From NCBI GenBank assembly GCA_031396445.1, contig JANNKU010000028.1, positions 20,651-84,650 on the forward strand: 64,000 nt of DNA, written 5' to 3'. Below, piece by piece: positions 16,364 through 26,223 of the stretch. Numbering within the stretch: the stretch's first letter is position 1; each line of letters opens with the position of its first letter. A program made the position numbers and the translations under genes. The notes below the pieces were generated by a model. That model was not told where the DNA came from and did not search any database. It saw only the letters and a program-made list of their open reading frames with translations. The DNA comes from Deltaproteobacteria bacterium. GTDB lineage: Bacteria; Myxococcota_A; UBA9160; PR03.

Positions 16364-16723
16364 ATGAGCAAGTTCACCGCGCATCGGATCGCCGCAGCGT
16401 TCGCCGCGCTGCTGTCGTCGATGGCGTTTGCCGGATCGGTCAGTGCCGTGACGCTCGTCTCGAGCTGGCCGATCGGTGGCGACTCCGTGCCGGTCACGAT
16501 GACGTTCACCGACTTGCCGAGCGGCAACGGCGTCGAGATCACCGTCTCGATTCCAGAAGGAACCGGCGATCTGCTCGGCCTCTTCGGAAATGTCACCGAC
16601 GAGAGCCTCGTCCCGCAGCTCGATACAGTCGGGTCGCTCGTGTACCAAGAACAGTTCGCGGCGAATCTCGTCTACAAGGTCGGTGGCGGCAACGAAGTCG
16701 CTCCGGTGCAGCAATGGGATTAG
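16364..16723 (+). CDS. Signal-peptide-bearing N-terminal fragment, in frame with the following giant ORF (separated by one TAG)
   Basis: MSKFTAHRIAAAFAALLSSMAFAGSVSA|VTLV... is a Sec signal with an AxA site. The ORF ends at TAG 16721-16723, and the next 20 codons remain open in the same frame up to the track start of ORF 16784. Confidence 0.65.
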   Translation: MSKFTAHRIAAAFAALLSSMAFAGSVSAVTLVSSWPIGGDSVPVTMTFTDLPSGNGVEITVSIPEGTGDLLGLFGNVTDESLVPQLDTVGSLVYQEQFAANLVYKVGGGNEVAPVQQWD

Positions 16724-16783
16724 GGGCTGCGCTTCGAGAGTTCCACCTGGCAGAGCGAAGACATCCACACCGTCACGTTTCAG

Positions 16784-19700
16784 TTGACCGCTCCGGGTTT
16801 GACGAGCGTTCATCTGCTCAACGCCGCCAACCAGGGCTGGTACTTCGGCGTCCGGATCCGCCACACCCTCGGCCCCAAAACAAAAGCGAGCATTGGCTTT
16901 CCGGTGAGCCCGCCGCCCGCCGGTATCGCGGCCACGATTGCAATCTCGACACCCGCCGAAGCAGCGCTCTTTGTGCAGAGCGACGTTCCTGTTGCTGGAA
17001 CCCTGACCGGGACGACGCCCATCGCCGTCACCGTGAATGGCATCTGGGCCTACCTCAGTTCGGGATCCGTCGGCTTTCAACGCACCCTCACGCTGACCGA
17101 CGGCACGCACACGATTCGCGCGCTTGCGGGCAACTCTTGGGGGCACATGGGCGATGAGGTCACGGTCACAGTCGATACGGTCGCGCCCGTCATCTCCATC
17201 GCGGCGCCAGCCGCCGGAACGCTCACGACTGGCGACTCGATCATCGTCTCGGGAACAGCGACCGACGCAACGAGCGGCATCGCGAGTGTCGTCGTAAACG
17301 GCGTCTCGGCGACACTCGTTGGGAGCGCCTTCAACGCATTGGTCCCGCTCGCGCTCGGCGCGAACTCGATCACGGCGACGGCGACGGATGTGGCGGGCAA
17401 CACTGCGGCTGCGTCCAGGAGCGTCACGCGCGGGATCACGCCGACCGTTGTCATCACCGCGCCTGCTGCAGGACTTCTCACGAACCAGACTCCGATCGCG
17501 GTCACCGGAACTGTGAGTGGCACCGTCCCCGTCACGGTGACAGTCAACGGCGTTGCGGCGACCGTCACGGGCGAAACGTGGACCGCGAGTGTCGCGCTCG
17601 GGGAAGGGAGCAACACGCTCAGCGCGAGCGCGGTGAATGCGTTTGGCAATGGCAGCAGCTCGGTGGCGGTGACGCTCGACTCGACTCCGCCGCTCGTCTC
17701 GATCGCCGCGCCCGCAAACGGGACGACAGTGACGAGCCAACCGATTGCAGTGAGCGGAACGGTCGCCGACGCGAGCGCGATCGCATCGCTCCACGTCAAC
17801 GGCGACCCCATCGCCGCGAGCAACTCGTTCGCGACGACTGCCGCTCTCGCAACCGGCTCGAACACGATCGTCGTCGAAGCTACTGACGCTGCGGGCAACG
17901 CCGGCTCTGCCTCGGTCGCTGTGACCTACCAGCCGGCGACGTCGCTCTCAATCGAAATTGAAACGCCTCCCGCTGGCGCCCTCTTCTCGAAGGCCGAGGT
18001 CGAGGTCGCGGGCGCCGTGAGCGATCCGGTCGCGTCGGTGCGCGTGAACGGTGTACTCGCGACTGTCACGGGCGAGCGGTGGGTCGCATCCCGCGTGCCG
18101 CTCGCGGAAGGCCCCAACACGCTCACGGCTACGGCGACACGCGGAAACGACAGTGCAGCGGCAGCCGTCGCCGTCACGTACAACGCGCCGCCGCAGGTGG
18201 TGATCACGTCGCCCGCCGCGGGTGCGCTCTTTCGAACCGATGCGACCGATGTCGAGGGCGTCGTCGATGATCTCGCGGCGTTCGTCGATGTGAACGGCGT
18301 CATCTCAAGCGTCGGCGCGGGTGGTCGCTTCGTCGCGAGCGGAGTCGCGCTCGCACCCGGCGACAACACAATCATCGCGCGCGCCATCGACACGCTCGGT
18401 GCGAAGGGCACCGACTCGGTCGCCGTCCTGCGCGACGACGCCGCGGCTGGTCGCACGCGCCTCGTGATCCGCGAGAGCAACAGGTGGGTGGAGCCCTTGG
18501 AGGTAGTCTTCGCGAGCCTCGGTGATTGGGATGAGAGCCTTCGCGTCGGCAACGATCTAGGAACCTTTCCGCGGCCCTACGACATCGGCCGCGAGCGATT
18601 CCAACCGGTACCCGACGTCCCAACGGTTTATCCCGGGGAGCAGGTCTTCCTGCTCTCGGAGGAAGCTGGAGATGTCGACTTCGTGTCATTCCTCGGCCAC
18701 GAGACGGCAGCGCATCTCTCCCAAGCGGGAGTGTCGACGTTCCCGATGGAAGACCTCGGTATCTACCTCCCGCTCGAGATGCTCGCGTTGCCGGAGGTTC
18801 TCGAGCCGGGCGACTTCGAGCCGCGCTTCTTCGCGGTCGGCGACTCGCTCCTTGTCGCTTGCATAGTCGACAGTTGCCCGCCCGGCTCCATCGAGGGTGG
18901 ACGCGTGCGGCTGCGGGCAACCCAAGACGGTGTGCAGCGCGAGATCGCTCTCGCTGTCGATGCGAGACGCCCCGAGTTCGAGTTCTTCTCGCCGGGCGGC
19001 AGCTCCGTGATCGCCGGTGGTCTGGTCACGGTGACGGGCGTCGTCCGCGACGCGGGTCCGCTGCTCGACACGGTGTCCTACACGGTGTCCGATGAGTTCG
19101 GCATCGTCGTGTACGAGGGGCTCGTTCCGCTCCTCGTCGATTTGATCGATGGACCGAGCCCGGCGTTCCGCGGCCGCTTCGCGATCCCTGATCTCGTGCT
19201 CGCCAATGGACTCCATTTCGTCGAGGTGACGGCCTGGGATTCGCTCGGCAATCGGCGGATCTCGGGCACCGAGTTCACGATCGACGCCGATGCGCCAGCC
19301 GCCTCGCTCTACTCGCCTCTCGACGGCTCGGCATTCGTTGAGAGCGAAGTCCAGGCATCGCTCAACTTCGGAGCGCCGACGACAATCGTTTCCGTGAACG
19401 AAGTCCCCGACGGCCGGAGTTTCCCTGCCGGGATAGCCGCCAACGTCCTCACGCTGCCGCTCACACTCGGCCCGAATCTCGTCGAAGTCGAAGTACAGAA
19501 CAGCGCCGGCGTCTTCCTACTCTCGTTCACGCTGCACCGCGTGAGCGAGCAGCGCGAGGTCCGCATCATCGCGCCCGTCGCCGGCAATCTCGTGAACACG
19601 CACACCCTCACCGTCATGGGCACCGTGCCCCTCGGCGCCCCCGCCGTACTCGTGAACGGCGTCCTCGGCGCGATCGCGCCCGACCGCGTGTCGTTCACGG

Positions 19701-22534
19701 CGACGATTCCGGTTCCCTCGACGGAGAACATCGTGATCGATGGCGACGTGGCGAGGAAGCCATTCGCGATCACCGCCGAAGCGCTTCCACTCGGCGGGAG
19801 CGCCACGGTCGAGGTGACGCCCGACTTCCAGTTGCCACAGTTCCGCGTCGTGCTGCCCGAGGACGGCGCGTTCACGAGCGAAGCCGCCGTGGCGCTCACG
19901 GGCTTCCTCTCCGAAGCCGCGACCGTATCAATCGAAACGCTCGATGGGCCGCTCGTGGTTTCGACCGTCCGCGACCGCGCGCGCGAGGACGCGGAGCCCT
20001 TCAATCCCTTCAACGCAAAGCAGTTCCATCGCTTCGAGCTGCCAGAGATTGCGCTCGCGACGGGCGCGAACGCGCTGACGCTCCGCGCGCGGGACCGGGC
20101 GGGGAACGAAGGCGCTCGCACCCTCACGCTGACACGGGGCGACACGAGCCTCGCGCTGGTGAGTCCTGTGTCCGGCAGCACCGTCGCCGAGCGCGTGACG
20201 GGCGTCATGGTGCGCGCGGCGGCGGACCTGACGATCGACGCATGCTTCGTCGCAGGCCGCCAGATTCCTTCGCTCGGCGGAGCCACCATCGGGGCAGGAG
20301 TCGATACGCCGATCAACGGCCTGCCGCTCGTGCCCGGTGCGAACGACGTGCGCATCGTCCATCACCGCGCGGGCGGCGCGAGCGAAGTGCTTCGCTTCCA
20401 GCTCACTTCGACGGCCGCCGACTACGCGACGGTCTCCGGCCACGTGACCGACGTGCGCACCGGCGAAGCCGTTGCCGGCGCGCTCGTCTCGATCACCGCG
20501 GGCGGCGTGAGCTTCACCGTCGCTACGGACGCCAATGGGAACTATCTCGCGCAGGTGGCGCCGGGTTCGATTGCGGTAGCGACCGTCGCCGAGGGCTACG
20601 CCGCGGCGAGCGCATCGGGCAGCGCCGCGGCAGGCGCGACGCTCGTCGCCGACGTCGGCCTCGCTTCGACCGGCGTTCCCGCAGTGGCGAATGAAGTGCG
20701 TATCCTCGTACCGCCCGCAGGAGCCGTGACCGACTTCGCGATGCTGACGGTCGTCGGCACGGTGCTCAATCCTACTTCTACTGTCACGGTGAACGGGATC
20801 GCGGCGCAGGTCGTGGGCAATCGCTTCACAGCCAAGCATGTGCCGCTCGCGATGGGGGCGAACACGATCGCGGCGAGCGCGATGGTGCTCGGGTTGCCGA
20901 ACGCGACGCGAAGTGTCGGCGTCGCGCGGTCGGATGAGCCGGTGTTGCAGGTGAAGCTGTTCTCGCCGCCGGATGGCGCGACGGTGCCGGGCGGCGGGAT
21001 CGTCGTGCGCGGCTTTGCGAGTGCGGAGACTGTGCTCGTTCAAGTCTCGGGCGGAGGAGTAGCGGTACCCGTGGAGGGGGTATTCGAGGCCGCGGACGTC
21101 GCGCTGCCGATGGACGCAACGGAGATTGACGTCTCGGTTCGAACGATCGACGGTGCCCAAACCGCCCTCGCGTCGAGTGGAGTCACCGTGGACCGCGTCG
21201 GGTCTGCCCTCGTGCTCGGCGCCGATCCCGTCAATGGGAATGTTCCGCTCGAGACCGAACTCCAGCTCACCGCCACGCTGCCGCTCATTGCCGTCGCGCG
21301 CATCGACTTCGATCTCGACGGCAACGGAGTCCTGGACGTGCTGGCAAGCGCCAGCGCGACTGCGAGTCTGACGATCTCGGAGCCGACGCTCAGGCTGGCG
21401 CGTGCCTATGCGACGACGCACTCGGGCGTGGAGCTTTCCGCGCCGGTCGCTCTGCACGCGCATCTGCCCGCGACCCCGCTCCGGAGCTTTGCCGCGGGCA
21501 ATCCCGTCGATCTAGCGCCCGGCGCGGGCAACGATCTCTACGTCCTCGACGCGACGGCTGGGCGGGTTACTCGCTATGACCAGGACGGAACGGAACTCGA
21601 TGGCTTCGGCAGCTCCGGCGCCGGTCCCGACCAACTTGCGAGTCCACAGGCGTTCGCCGTCGGCGCCGACGGTCGCTTCTATGTCGCGGATACGGGGAAC
21701 GACCGAGTCCAGGTATTCACTCCGGCCGGTACGTTCGAGCGCAGCATCGGGGCGGGAGATCTGAGCGGACCATCGGGCGTCGCGGTCGACGGAGATCTCC
21801 TGATCGTGTCGGACACCGGAGCAGGCCGGCTTCGGATCTTCCGGCTCGACGGAGCGCCAGTCGCATCGGTTCCGATCGCGAATCCTCGTGGCATTGCGAC
21901 GACGGCCGCCGGCGGCGTTCTCGTCGCGAGTCCGAGCCAGGGGCTCCGTACTTTCTCGGACGGAGTGCTCACGACGATCGCGGCGATCGAGTCGCTGCCG
22001 CCCGAGCAACAGCCCGCATCACCGGTGGATGTCGTGGAAGGATCGGACTCGACGCTCGTAGCGGGCGCGTCGACTGGATCGGTCGTGCAGTTCTGGCCGA
22101 GTCTTCGGCTGCGACGGGTGATCTCCGACGTGGCGGGCGCGAAGGCTGTGCTCACCGGCCAGCGGCGGGAGATCGAGTCGATCTATGTCGCCGATGGAAA
22201 GCGGGTCACCGAAGTCGGTCTACCCGTTCCTTCGCCGCTGCCCACGCTGACGGCGCTGAAGGCGCGACTGCTCGCGCTGGACATCGAGGGCGCGCTCGAG
22301 TGGATCTCGCCGGAGCGACGAGCGTATTTCCGCGACGTCTACGAACGGAGCGGCGCAACGTTGGCAACCGAGGCCGCTGCGATGGGCCAACTCGACATCG
22401 ATCTCTTGCGGGAAGGTCGCGCAATCGCGCTGATCCATCGCGAAGTGCAGGAACCCACGGGCCCGGTGGATCGTCAGTATCCCGTGTATCTCGTGCGGTC
22501 GGCGGACGGAAGATGGCTCGTTCTCGACTACTGA
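16784..22534 (+). CDS. Giant surface/secreted protein: at least 11 Ig-like modules, a CarboxypepD_reg-like domain, an NHL-repeat beta-propeller and an NTF2-like C-terminal domain
   Basis: 1916-aa ORF. Recurrent module: ..P..G......I.VSG.V.D.....V.VNGV.A...G..F.A.V.L..G.N.I.A.A.D.AGN.....V.VT. CarboxypepD_reg segment: TVSGHVTDVRTGEAVAGALVSITAGGVSFTVATDANGNY. NHL repeats: FYVADTGNDRVQVFTPAGTF, LLIVSDTGAGRLRIF. The track start is a TTG with no signal peptide. Confidence 0.8.
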   Translation: MTAPGLTSVHLLNAANQGWYFGVRIRHTLGPKTKASIGFPVSPPPAGIAATIAISTPAEAALFVQSDVPVAGTLTGTTPIAVTVNGIWAYLSSGSVGFQRTLTLTDGTHTIRALAGNSWGHMGDEVTVTVDTVAPVISIAAPAAGTLTTGDSIIVSGTATDATSGIASVVVNGVSATLVGSAFNALVPLALGANSITATATDVAGNTAAASRSVTRGITPTVVITAPAAGLLTNQTPIAVTGTVSGTVPVTVTVNGVAATVTGETWTASVALGEGSNTLSASAVNAFGNGSSSVAVTLDSTPPLVSIAAPANGTTVTSQPIAVSGTVADASAIASLHVNGDPIAASNSFATTAALATGSNTIVVEATDAAGNAGSASVAVTYQPATSLSIEIETPPAGALFSKAEVEVAGAVSDPVASVRVNGVLATVTGERWVASRVPLAEGPNTLTATATRGNDSAAAAVAVTYNAPPQVVITSPAAGALFRTDATDVEGVVDDLAAFVDVNGVISSVGAGGRFVASGVALAPGDNTIIARAIDTLGAKGTDSVAVLRDDAAAGRTRLVIRESNRWVEPLEVVFASLGDWDESLRVGNDLGTFPRPYDIGRERFQPVPDVPTVYPGEQVFLLSEEAGDVDFVSFLGHETAAHLSQAGVSTFPMEDLGIYLPLEMLALPEVLEPGDFEPRFFAVGDSLLVACIVDSCPPGSIEGGRVRLRATQDGVQREIALAVDARRPEFEFFSPGGSSVIAGGLVTVTGVVRDAGPLLDTVSYTVSDEFGIVVYEGLVPLLVDLIDGPSPAFRGRFAIPDLVLANGLHFVEVTAWDSLGNRRISGTEFTIDADAPAASLYSPLDGSAFVESEVQASLNFGAPTTIVSVNEVPDGRSFPAGIAANVLTLPLTLGPNLVEVEVQNSAGVFLLSFTLHRVSEQREVRIIAPVAGNLVNTHTLTVMGTVPLGAPAVLVNGVLGAIAPDRVSFTATIPVPSTENIVIDGDVARKPFAITAEALPLGGSATVEVTPDFQLPQFRVVLPEDGAFTSEAAVALTGFLSEAATVSIETLDGPLVVSTVRDRAREDAEPFNPFNAKQFHRFELPEIALATGANALTLRARDRAGNEGARTLTLTRGDTSLALVSPVSGSTVAERVTGVMVRAAADLTIDACFVAGRQIPSLGGATIGAGVDTPINGLPLVPGANDVRIVHHRAGGASEVLRFQLTSTAADYATVSGHVTDVRTGEAVAGALVSITAGGVSFTVATDANGNYLAQVAPGSIAVATVAEGYAAASASGSAAAGATLVADVGLASTGVPAVANEVRILVPPAGAVTDFAMLTVVGTVLNPTSTVTVNGIAAQVVGNRFTAKHVPLAMGANTIAASAMVLGLPNATRSVGVARSDEPVLQVKLFSPPDGATVPGGGIVVRGFASAETVLVQVSGGGVAVPVEGVFEAADVALPMDATEIDVSVRTIDGAQTALASSGVTVDRVGSALVLGADPVNGNVPLETELQLTATLPLIAVARIDFDLDGNGVLDVLASASATASLTISEPTLRLARAYATTHSGVELSAPVALHAHLPATPLRSFAAGNPVDLAPGAGNDLYVLDATAGRVTRYDQDGTELDGFGSSGAGPDQLASPQAFAVGADGRFYVADTGNDRVQVFTPAGTFERSIGAGDLSGPSGVAVDGDLLIVSDTGAGRLRIFRLDGAPVASVPIANPRGIATTAAGGVLVASPSQGLRTFSDGVLTTIAAIESLPPEQQPASPVDVVEGSDSTLVAGASTGSVVQFWPSLRLRRVISDVAGAKAVLTGQRREIESIYVADGKRVTEVGLPVPSPLPTLTALKARLLALDIEGALEWISPERRAYFRDVYERSGATLATEAAAMGQLDIDLLREGRAIALIHREVQEPTGPVDRQYPVYLVRSADGRWLVLDY

Positions 22535-23082
22535 TCCTCGGGTTGGCCGTCACGGTCTTCCTGATCTTCTGGCTGCCGCTCTACAACTGCGGACCGATCT
22601 GGGCACGCCAACTCGAAGGCCAAGTGATCGACAAGGCGACGGGTAAACCGGTTCCCGAGGCGGAGGTCTTCGCGCTCTATCAGATGCGGCTCGGAGGTAC
22701 GATCGATTGGCGTTGGACGACGACGGACGCAGAAGGGCGGTTCGTCATCCCGGGCCATCTCGCGATCTTCTACTTCGGAAGGAGAGGCATCTTCGACCAG
22801 ACGGACAAGTACCCGCTCATCGAGGTCTTGCATCCGGCGTATGGGAGGTTCTGGTGGGGTGGCGGCAACTACGAGCCGGACTGGAGCTGGCGGAACGTTC
22901 GCATCGAGATCGAACGCGATGCGATCTGGTTGAAGGGCCTCGAACGAGATCGAAAGCGCGAAGACGCAGGCTTGTGTAACTACATGCCGTCAACGGCCCG
23001 CATACGTTGTTGCGAGTTGCTGTTCGGTAGCGACGCGGCTCGGATCTGCGCGCCCCCACGGCCAGGGACACTTCCGCGATGA
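22513..23082 (+). CDS. Membrane-anchored CarboxypepD_reg-like domain protein
   Basis: ATG 22513 (MARSRLLILGLAVTVFLIFWLPLY = N-terminal TM) overlaps the giant gene's 3' end by 22 nt. Domain segment: GQVIDKATGKPVPEAEVFA...TTTDAEGRFVIPG. ATGA overlap with the next gene. Confidence 0.6.
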   Translation: MARSRLLILGLAVTVFLIFWLPLYNCGPIWARQLEGQVIDKATGKPVPEAEVFALYQMRLGGTIDWRWTTTDAEGRFVIPGHLAIFYFGRRGIFDQTDKYPLIEVLHPAYGRFWWGGGNYEPDWSWRNVRIEIERDAIWLKGLERDRKREDAGLCNYMPSTARIRCCELLFGSDAARICAPPRPGTLPR

Positions 23083-26000
23083 ATAGATTGATGCGCTTGA
23101 TGATTCTCTCGTGGCTGGCAATGCCACAGTCGGCCCTCGCTTGGGGGAATCTGGAGGCTCATCCAGAGCTGACCAAGAGCGCCGTACTGCGCGACGAGCG
23201 GATCGCCCAACACCTTCGCGATGTCTACGGACTGGCACAAGGACTCGACGCCGAGCTCGCAGTGCAGGTTGGCTTCGACGACAGCACGGATCTCGACATC
23301 TTGGGCGGCGGCCCCGACAGTCAATCTCGGTTCGCGCAGAGCTGGAACAGCGGGATATTCCAAGACGCGGTCGAGACGCCGCCCTTCGATACACAGATAT
23401 TGCTGAATGCCGCGTGTCGAGCCCCGTCGTGTCTCGACGATCTGGCGCGGCGCAGTGTTCTCACCCTCCTTCGCTCGGGCTCGTTCGGCGAAGACAACCC
23501 GAACATCAGAGCGAGCCACCACTTCCACGACCCGGTGAAGCATCACGATGAGCCCGAGGTCACGGTTCCTGGGCAGTCTGTACCGCCCGGGAACAAGGGT
23601 CTGGACAACACGCAAGAGTATGTAACCGGAGAGCTCAAGGCGCTGGCTGCGAGCTTCGCCACGCTTTGGCTGCGCGGTGGGGGTGGAGACTTCCGATTCT
23701 TCGGGCGATCCGCCTTGGATCGCGCGTTGAACGAGCCCATCGGGAATCCGGCGTCTTCGGCCGCACCCGAGAACTTCTTCGCGCTCACGGACGCAGAGCA
23801 CTATCTGTTCGAGTCCGCCATGGCGTCATTGGCCGGCGAACGTGAGCACTACCTGGCGCTGCACTTCCTTGCCGTCGGGAGCGTGCTTCATCTGCTCCAG
23901 GACATGAGCAGCGTCGCCCACACACGAAACGATTTCCTTGCGGATCACCTCTATCCCGAGCTCGTTCCGTTCTCCGGTCTCACTCTCGAGGGCGCGGGTG
24001 AGCAAAGCGCGCTGTTGGGGTTTGTTGGACAGTTCGGTAAGTCCGAGACGGATGTCCTGGCGGCGTCTCCCGCTATCGCTCTGGCAAACCTCGATCCGAC
24101 CCGGTTTACCGGCTTGTACGCGTCGAGACTGCCGTTCTTCGACCCATCGGGAGCCGCATTCGCGGACTTCTGGGATTCGCCCAGCCGGCTCGGCCTCGCC
24201 GAGTTCACCAATGCGCACTTCTTCAGCCGCGCCACGGTCGACGACCGCTACGTCGCGGGGAACCCGAGCGCCACCTCCGAGACCGGCTACCCGTCGCCAC
24301 GTGTTGCCGGCTGCCAACTCGGTGCGGAAGCGGGCACCGGGAGTGCAAGAACCTTCGTGACGCTGCTGCCCCGGCGCGATCTCGACACCGGCCGGTTCCT
24401 CGGGCCGGAATCCGAGATTCCGTTTCTCTCGAGCGAGACCGTTCCGCACCTCGCGAAATGCGGTTGGCATGCGGCGGCAGCACCGAGCGTCATCGACGAC
24501 AGCGTGATGCGCGACTACTTGGAGATGCTGCTGCCGCTCGCCGTCGACTACAGCGCGAAGTTCCTGGAGCGATACTTCGCGCCGCGGATCGCCGTTCGCG
24601 CCGTCGGCGAGCGAGAGTTCCGCATCGAGAACGTGTCCGATCTCCCGATCCGCATTCGCGCCTCCGAGCTGCGCGCGGCCTACGACGACGACGACGGGAA
24701 CCGGTGGTCGATCGAACTGGACTGCGGAAGCGGCGCCTCGGAGATCGAGATCGAGCCCAGCGAGACGTCGGAGGCAACGTGCACGCTTCCGACCTCGCTG
24801 CCCTCCGCCAACGAACCACCCGCGGTGAGCGCCGACTTCTGGGTCGTGGCGCGTGGCGCGCACGGAACGCGTGGGAGCGCCGACCCGAGCGAGTTCGAGA
24901 CCCGCGGATTCGTGACGCTCGTCGCGCACATCCAGCCGCAGCTCCTCGTGCACGGCGCGATCACGAACGAAGCCTTCACCGATGACGACCCGCGCTACCC
25001 GATCGACATCTTCGCGATCCCGCTCGACCTCGGTCGCGAGGTGGCGGAGAACGACGTCCCCCCGACGCGCACCAATCTGACCGCTGCCCTGCGCGCGTCG
25101 ATCGGCAGCGCCTCGCTCGATCTCACGTCACCGAACGGCGAGCCGGGAGGAGTACGGATCGCGCTGCGCTCGGACAAGGACGCAACGGAGGCGGACGGAT
25201 TCTTCCTCGATGTCGCGGCTCCGCAGAAGGCGTACCTATTCGATCCAACCGCTCCGCCTTCATCGCCGGATGCGCTCACGCTGATTCCCGAATCGCAGAT
25301 CCACCTGCCGAACGGCCGACCTCACCTCGCGCCGCTCTTCAGTGGCGACGGCGCCGCGATCTTCTACTACGAGGACACCTCATTTGCCTCACAAGCGGAG
25401 AGAAGCTCGAAGGACGCATTGCTTCGCTATCGCATCGCAGACGAGCAGCACACGCGCTTCACGGATCGCATCGCCCTCGCGGCGTCGGACCCCGATGAAA
25501 CTCCCGACGATCGCGACCTCGGAGATCGGCGCGACGTCTGTGAGGGCCTAGAGAACGTGTCCGCTCGCTTGGAGTCGGTCATTGCGGGGCAGGTGAGCTG
25601 CCACCCCGAAGTGGTGCAAGCGCTTCCGAACGGGCAGAAGTTCTGGAGTGCGACGGGTCCATTTCGCCGAGAGATCCGCATCGCAACCGTCGAGCCGGCG
25701 GTCGACGAGCCGGGCAAGCTCGAAGCCCGCTATACGGATCGAATCGACGTCGTCGCGGGTGCAGCAATCCAGTGTGGCGGGAGCCCGAACCAATGCTGGC
25801 AGCGAGGCGGCGAACCGAGCGGCGGAGCGGTTGCACACGACGACGGCGTCGCTTGGTCGCCCGATGGAACTCGAATCGCATTCCTCCGGACACCGACGAG
25901 CAACCCGCTCGAATTCGAACAGGAGATCTGGGTCGCCGATCTGGTCACCCGCGAGGTCCGGCGCGTGATGACGGACGAGCACGGTGACCCGGGGGTCCCG

Positions 26001-26222
26001 CAGTGGTCGCCCGATGGAGACTGGCTGGTCTTCGGGATGAGTGTCGGAGCGCAAGCCGTCGTTACGCCCAATGGCTTGATCACCGAGAGCGAAGGCGACA
26101 TCGATGTTTACGCGATTCGCGCGGATGCCGCTTCGCCGCAGCCTCCGCAACGACTGACGCGCGGCCTCGAGCCGTTCTCGATCGGGATCTACGCGCCGCT
26201 TACGTTGCCGAGTACCCCGTGA
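23079..26222 (+). CDS. Secreted fusion protein: N-terminal zinc-dependent phospholipase C / P1-nuclease-like domain + long middle region + C-terminal TolB-like (PD40) beta-propeller repeats
   Basis: Signal peptide MNRLMRLMILSWLAMPQSALA followed directly by WGNLEAH (mature-N-terminal Trp + His, as in Zn-PLC/P1 nuclease). Further motifs: HHFHDP and VGSVLHLLQDMSSVAHTRND (H..D...H). C-terminus: GVAWSPDGTRIAFLR...EIWVADL...PQWSPDGDWLVF. Confidence 0.7.
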   Translation: MNRLMRLMILSWLAMPQSALAWGNLEAHPELTKSAVLRDERIAQHLRDVYGLAQGLDAELAVQVGFDDSTDLDILGGGPDSQSRFAQSWNSGIFQDAVETPPFDTQILLNAACRAPSCLDDLARRSVLTLLRSGSFGEDNPNIRASHHFHDPVKHHDEPEVTVPGQSVPPGNKGLDNTQEYVTGELKALAASFATLWLRGGGGDFRFFGRSALDRALNEPIGNPASSAAPENFFALTDAEHYLFESAMASLAGEREHYLALHFLAVGSVLHLLQDMSSVAHTRNDFLADHLYPELVPFSGLTLEGAGEQSALLGFVGQFGKSETDVLAASPAIALANLDPTRFTGLYASRLPFFDPSGAAFADFWDSPSRLGLAEFTNAHFFSRATVDDRYVAGNPSATSETGYPSPRVAGCQLGAEAGTGSARTFVTLLPRRDLDTGRFLGPESEIPFLSSETVPHLAKCGWHAAAAPSVIDDSVMRDYLEMLLPLAVDYSAKFLERYFAPRIAVRAVGEREFRIENVSDLPIRIRASELRAAYDDDDGNRWSIELDCGSGASEIEIEPSETSEATCTLPTSLPSANEPPAVSADFWVVARGAHGTRGSADPSEFETRGFVTLVAHIQPQLLVHGAITNEAFTDDDPRYPIDIFAIPLDLGREVAENDVPPTRTNLTAALRASIGSASLDLTSPNGEPGGVRIALRSDKDATEADGFFLDVAAPQKAYLFDPTAPPSSPDALTLIPESQIHLPNGRPHLAPLFSGDGAAIFYYEDTSFASQAERSSKDALLRYRIADEQHTRFTDRIALAASDPDETPDDRDLGDRRDVCEGLENVSARLESVIAGQVSCHPEVVQALPNGQKFWSATGPFRREIRIATVEPAVDEPGKLEARYTDRIDVVAGAAIQCGGSPNQCWQRGGEPSGGAVAHDDGVAWSPDGTRIAFLRTPTSNPLEFEQEIWVADLVTREVRRVMTDEHGDPGVPQWSPDGDWLVFGMSVGAQAVVTPNGLITESEGDIDVYAIRADAASPQPPQRLTRGLEPFSIGIYAPLTLPSTP

Positions 26223-26223
26223 G

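Noticed and set aside
16721-16723. In-frame TAG as a pyrrolysine or programmed read-through codon
   Set aside because: No pyl genes or any supporting context in the window, and the lineage makes Pyl very unlikely. I keep it only as a nonsense mutation, error or split-gene question.
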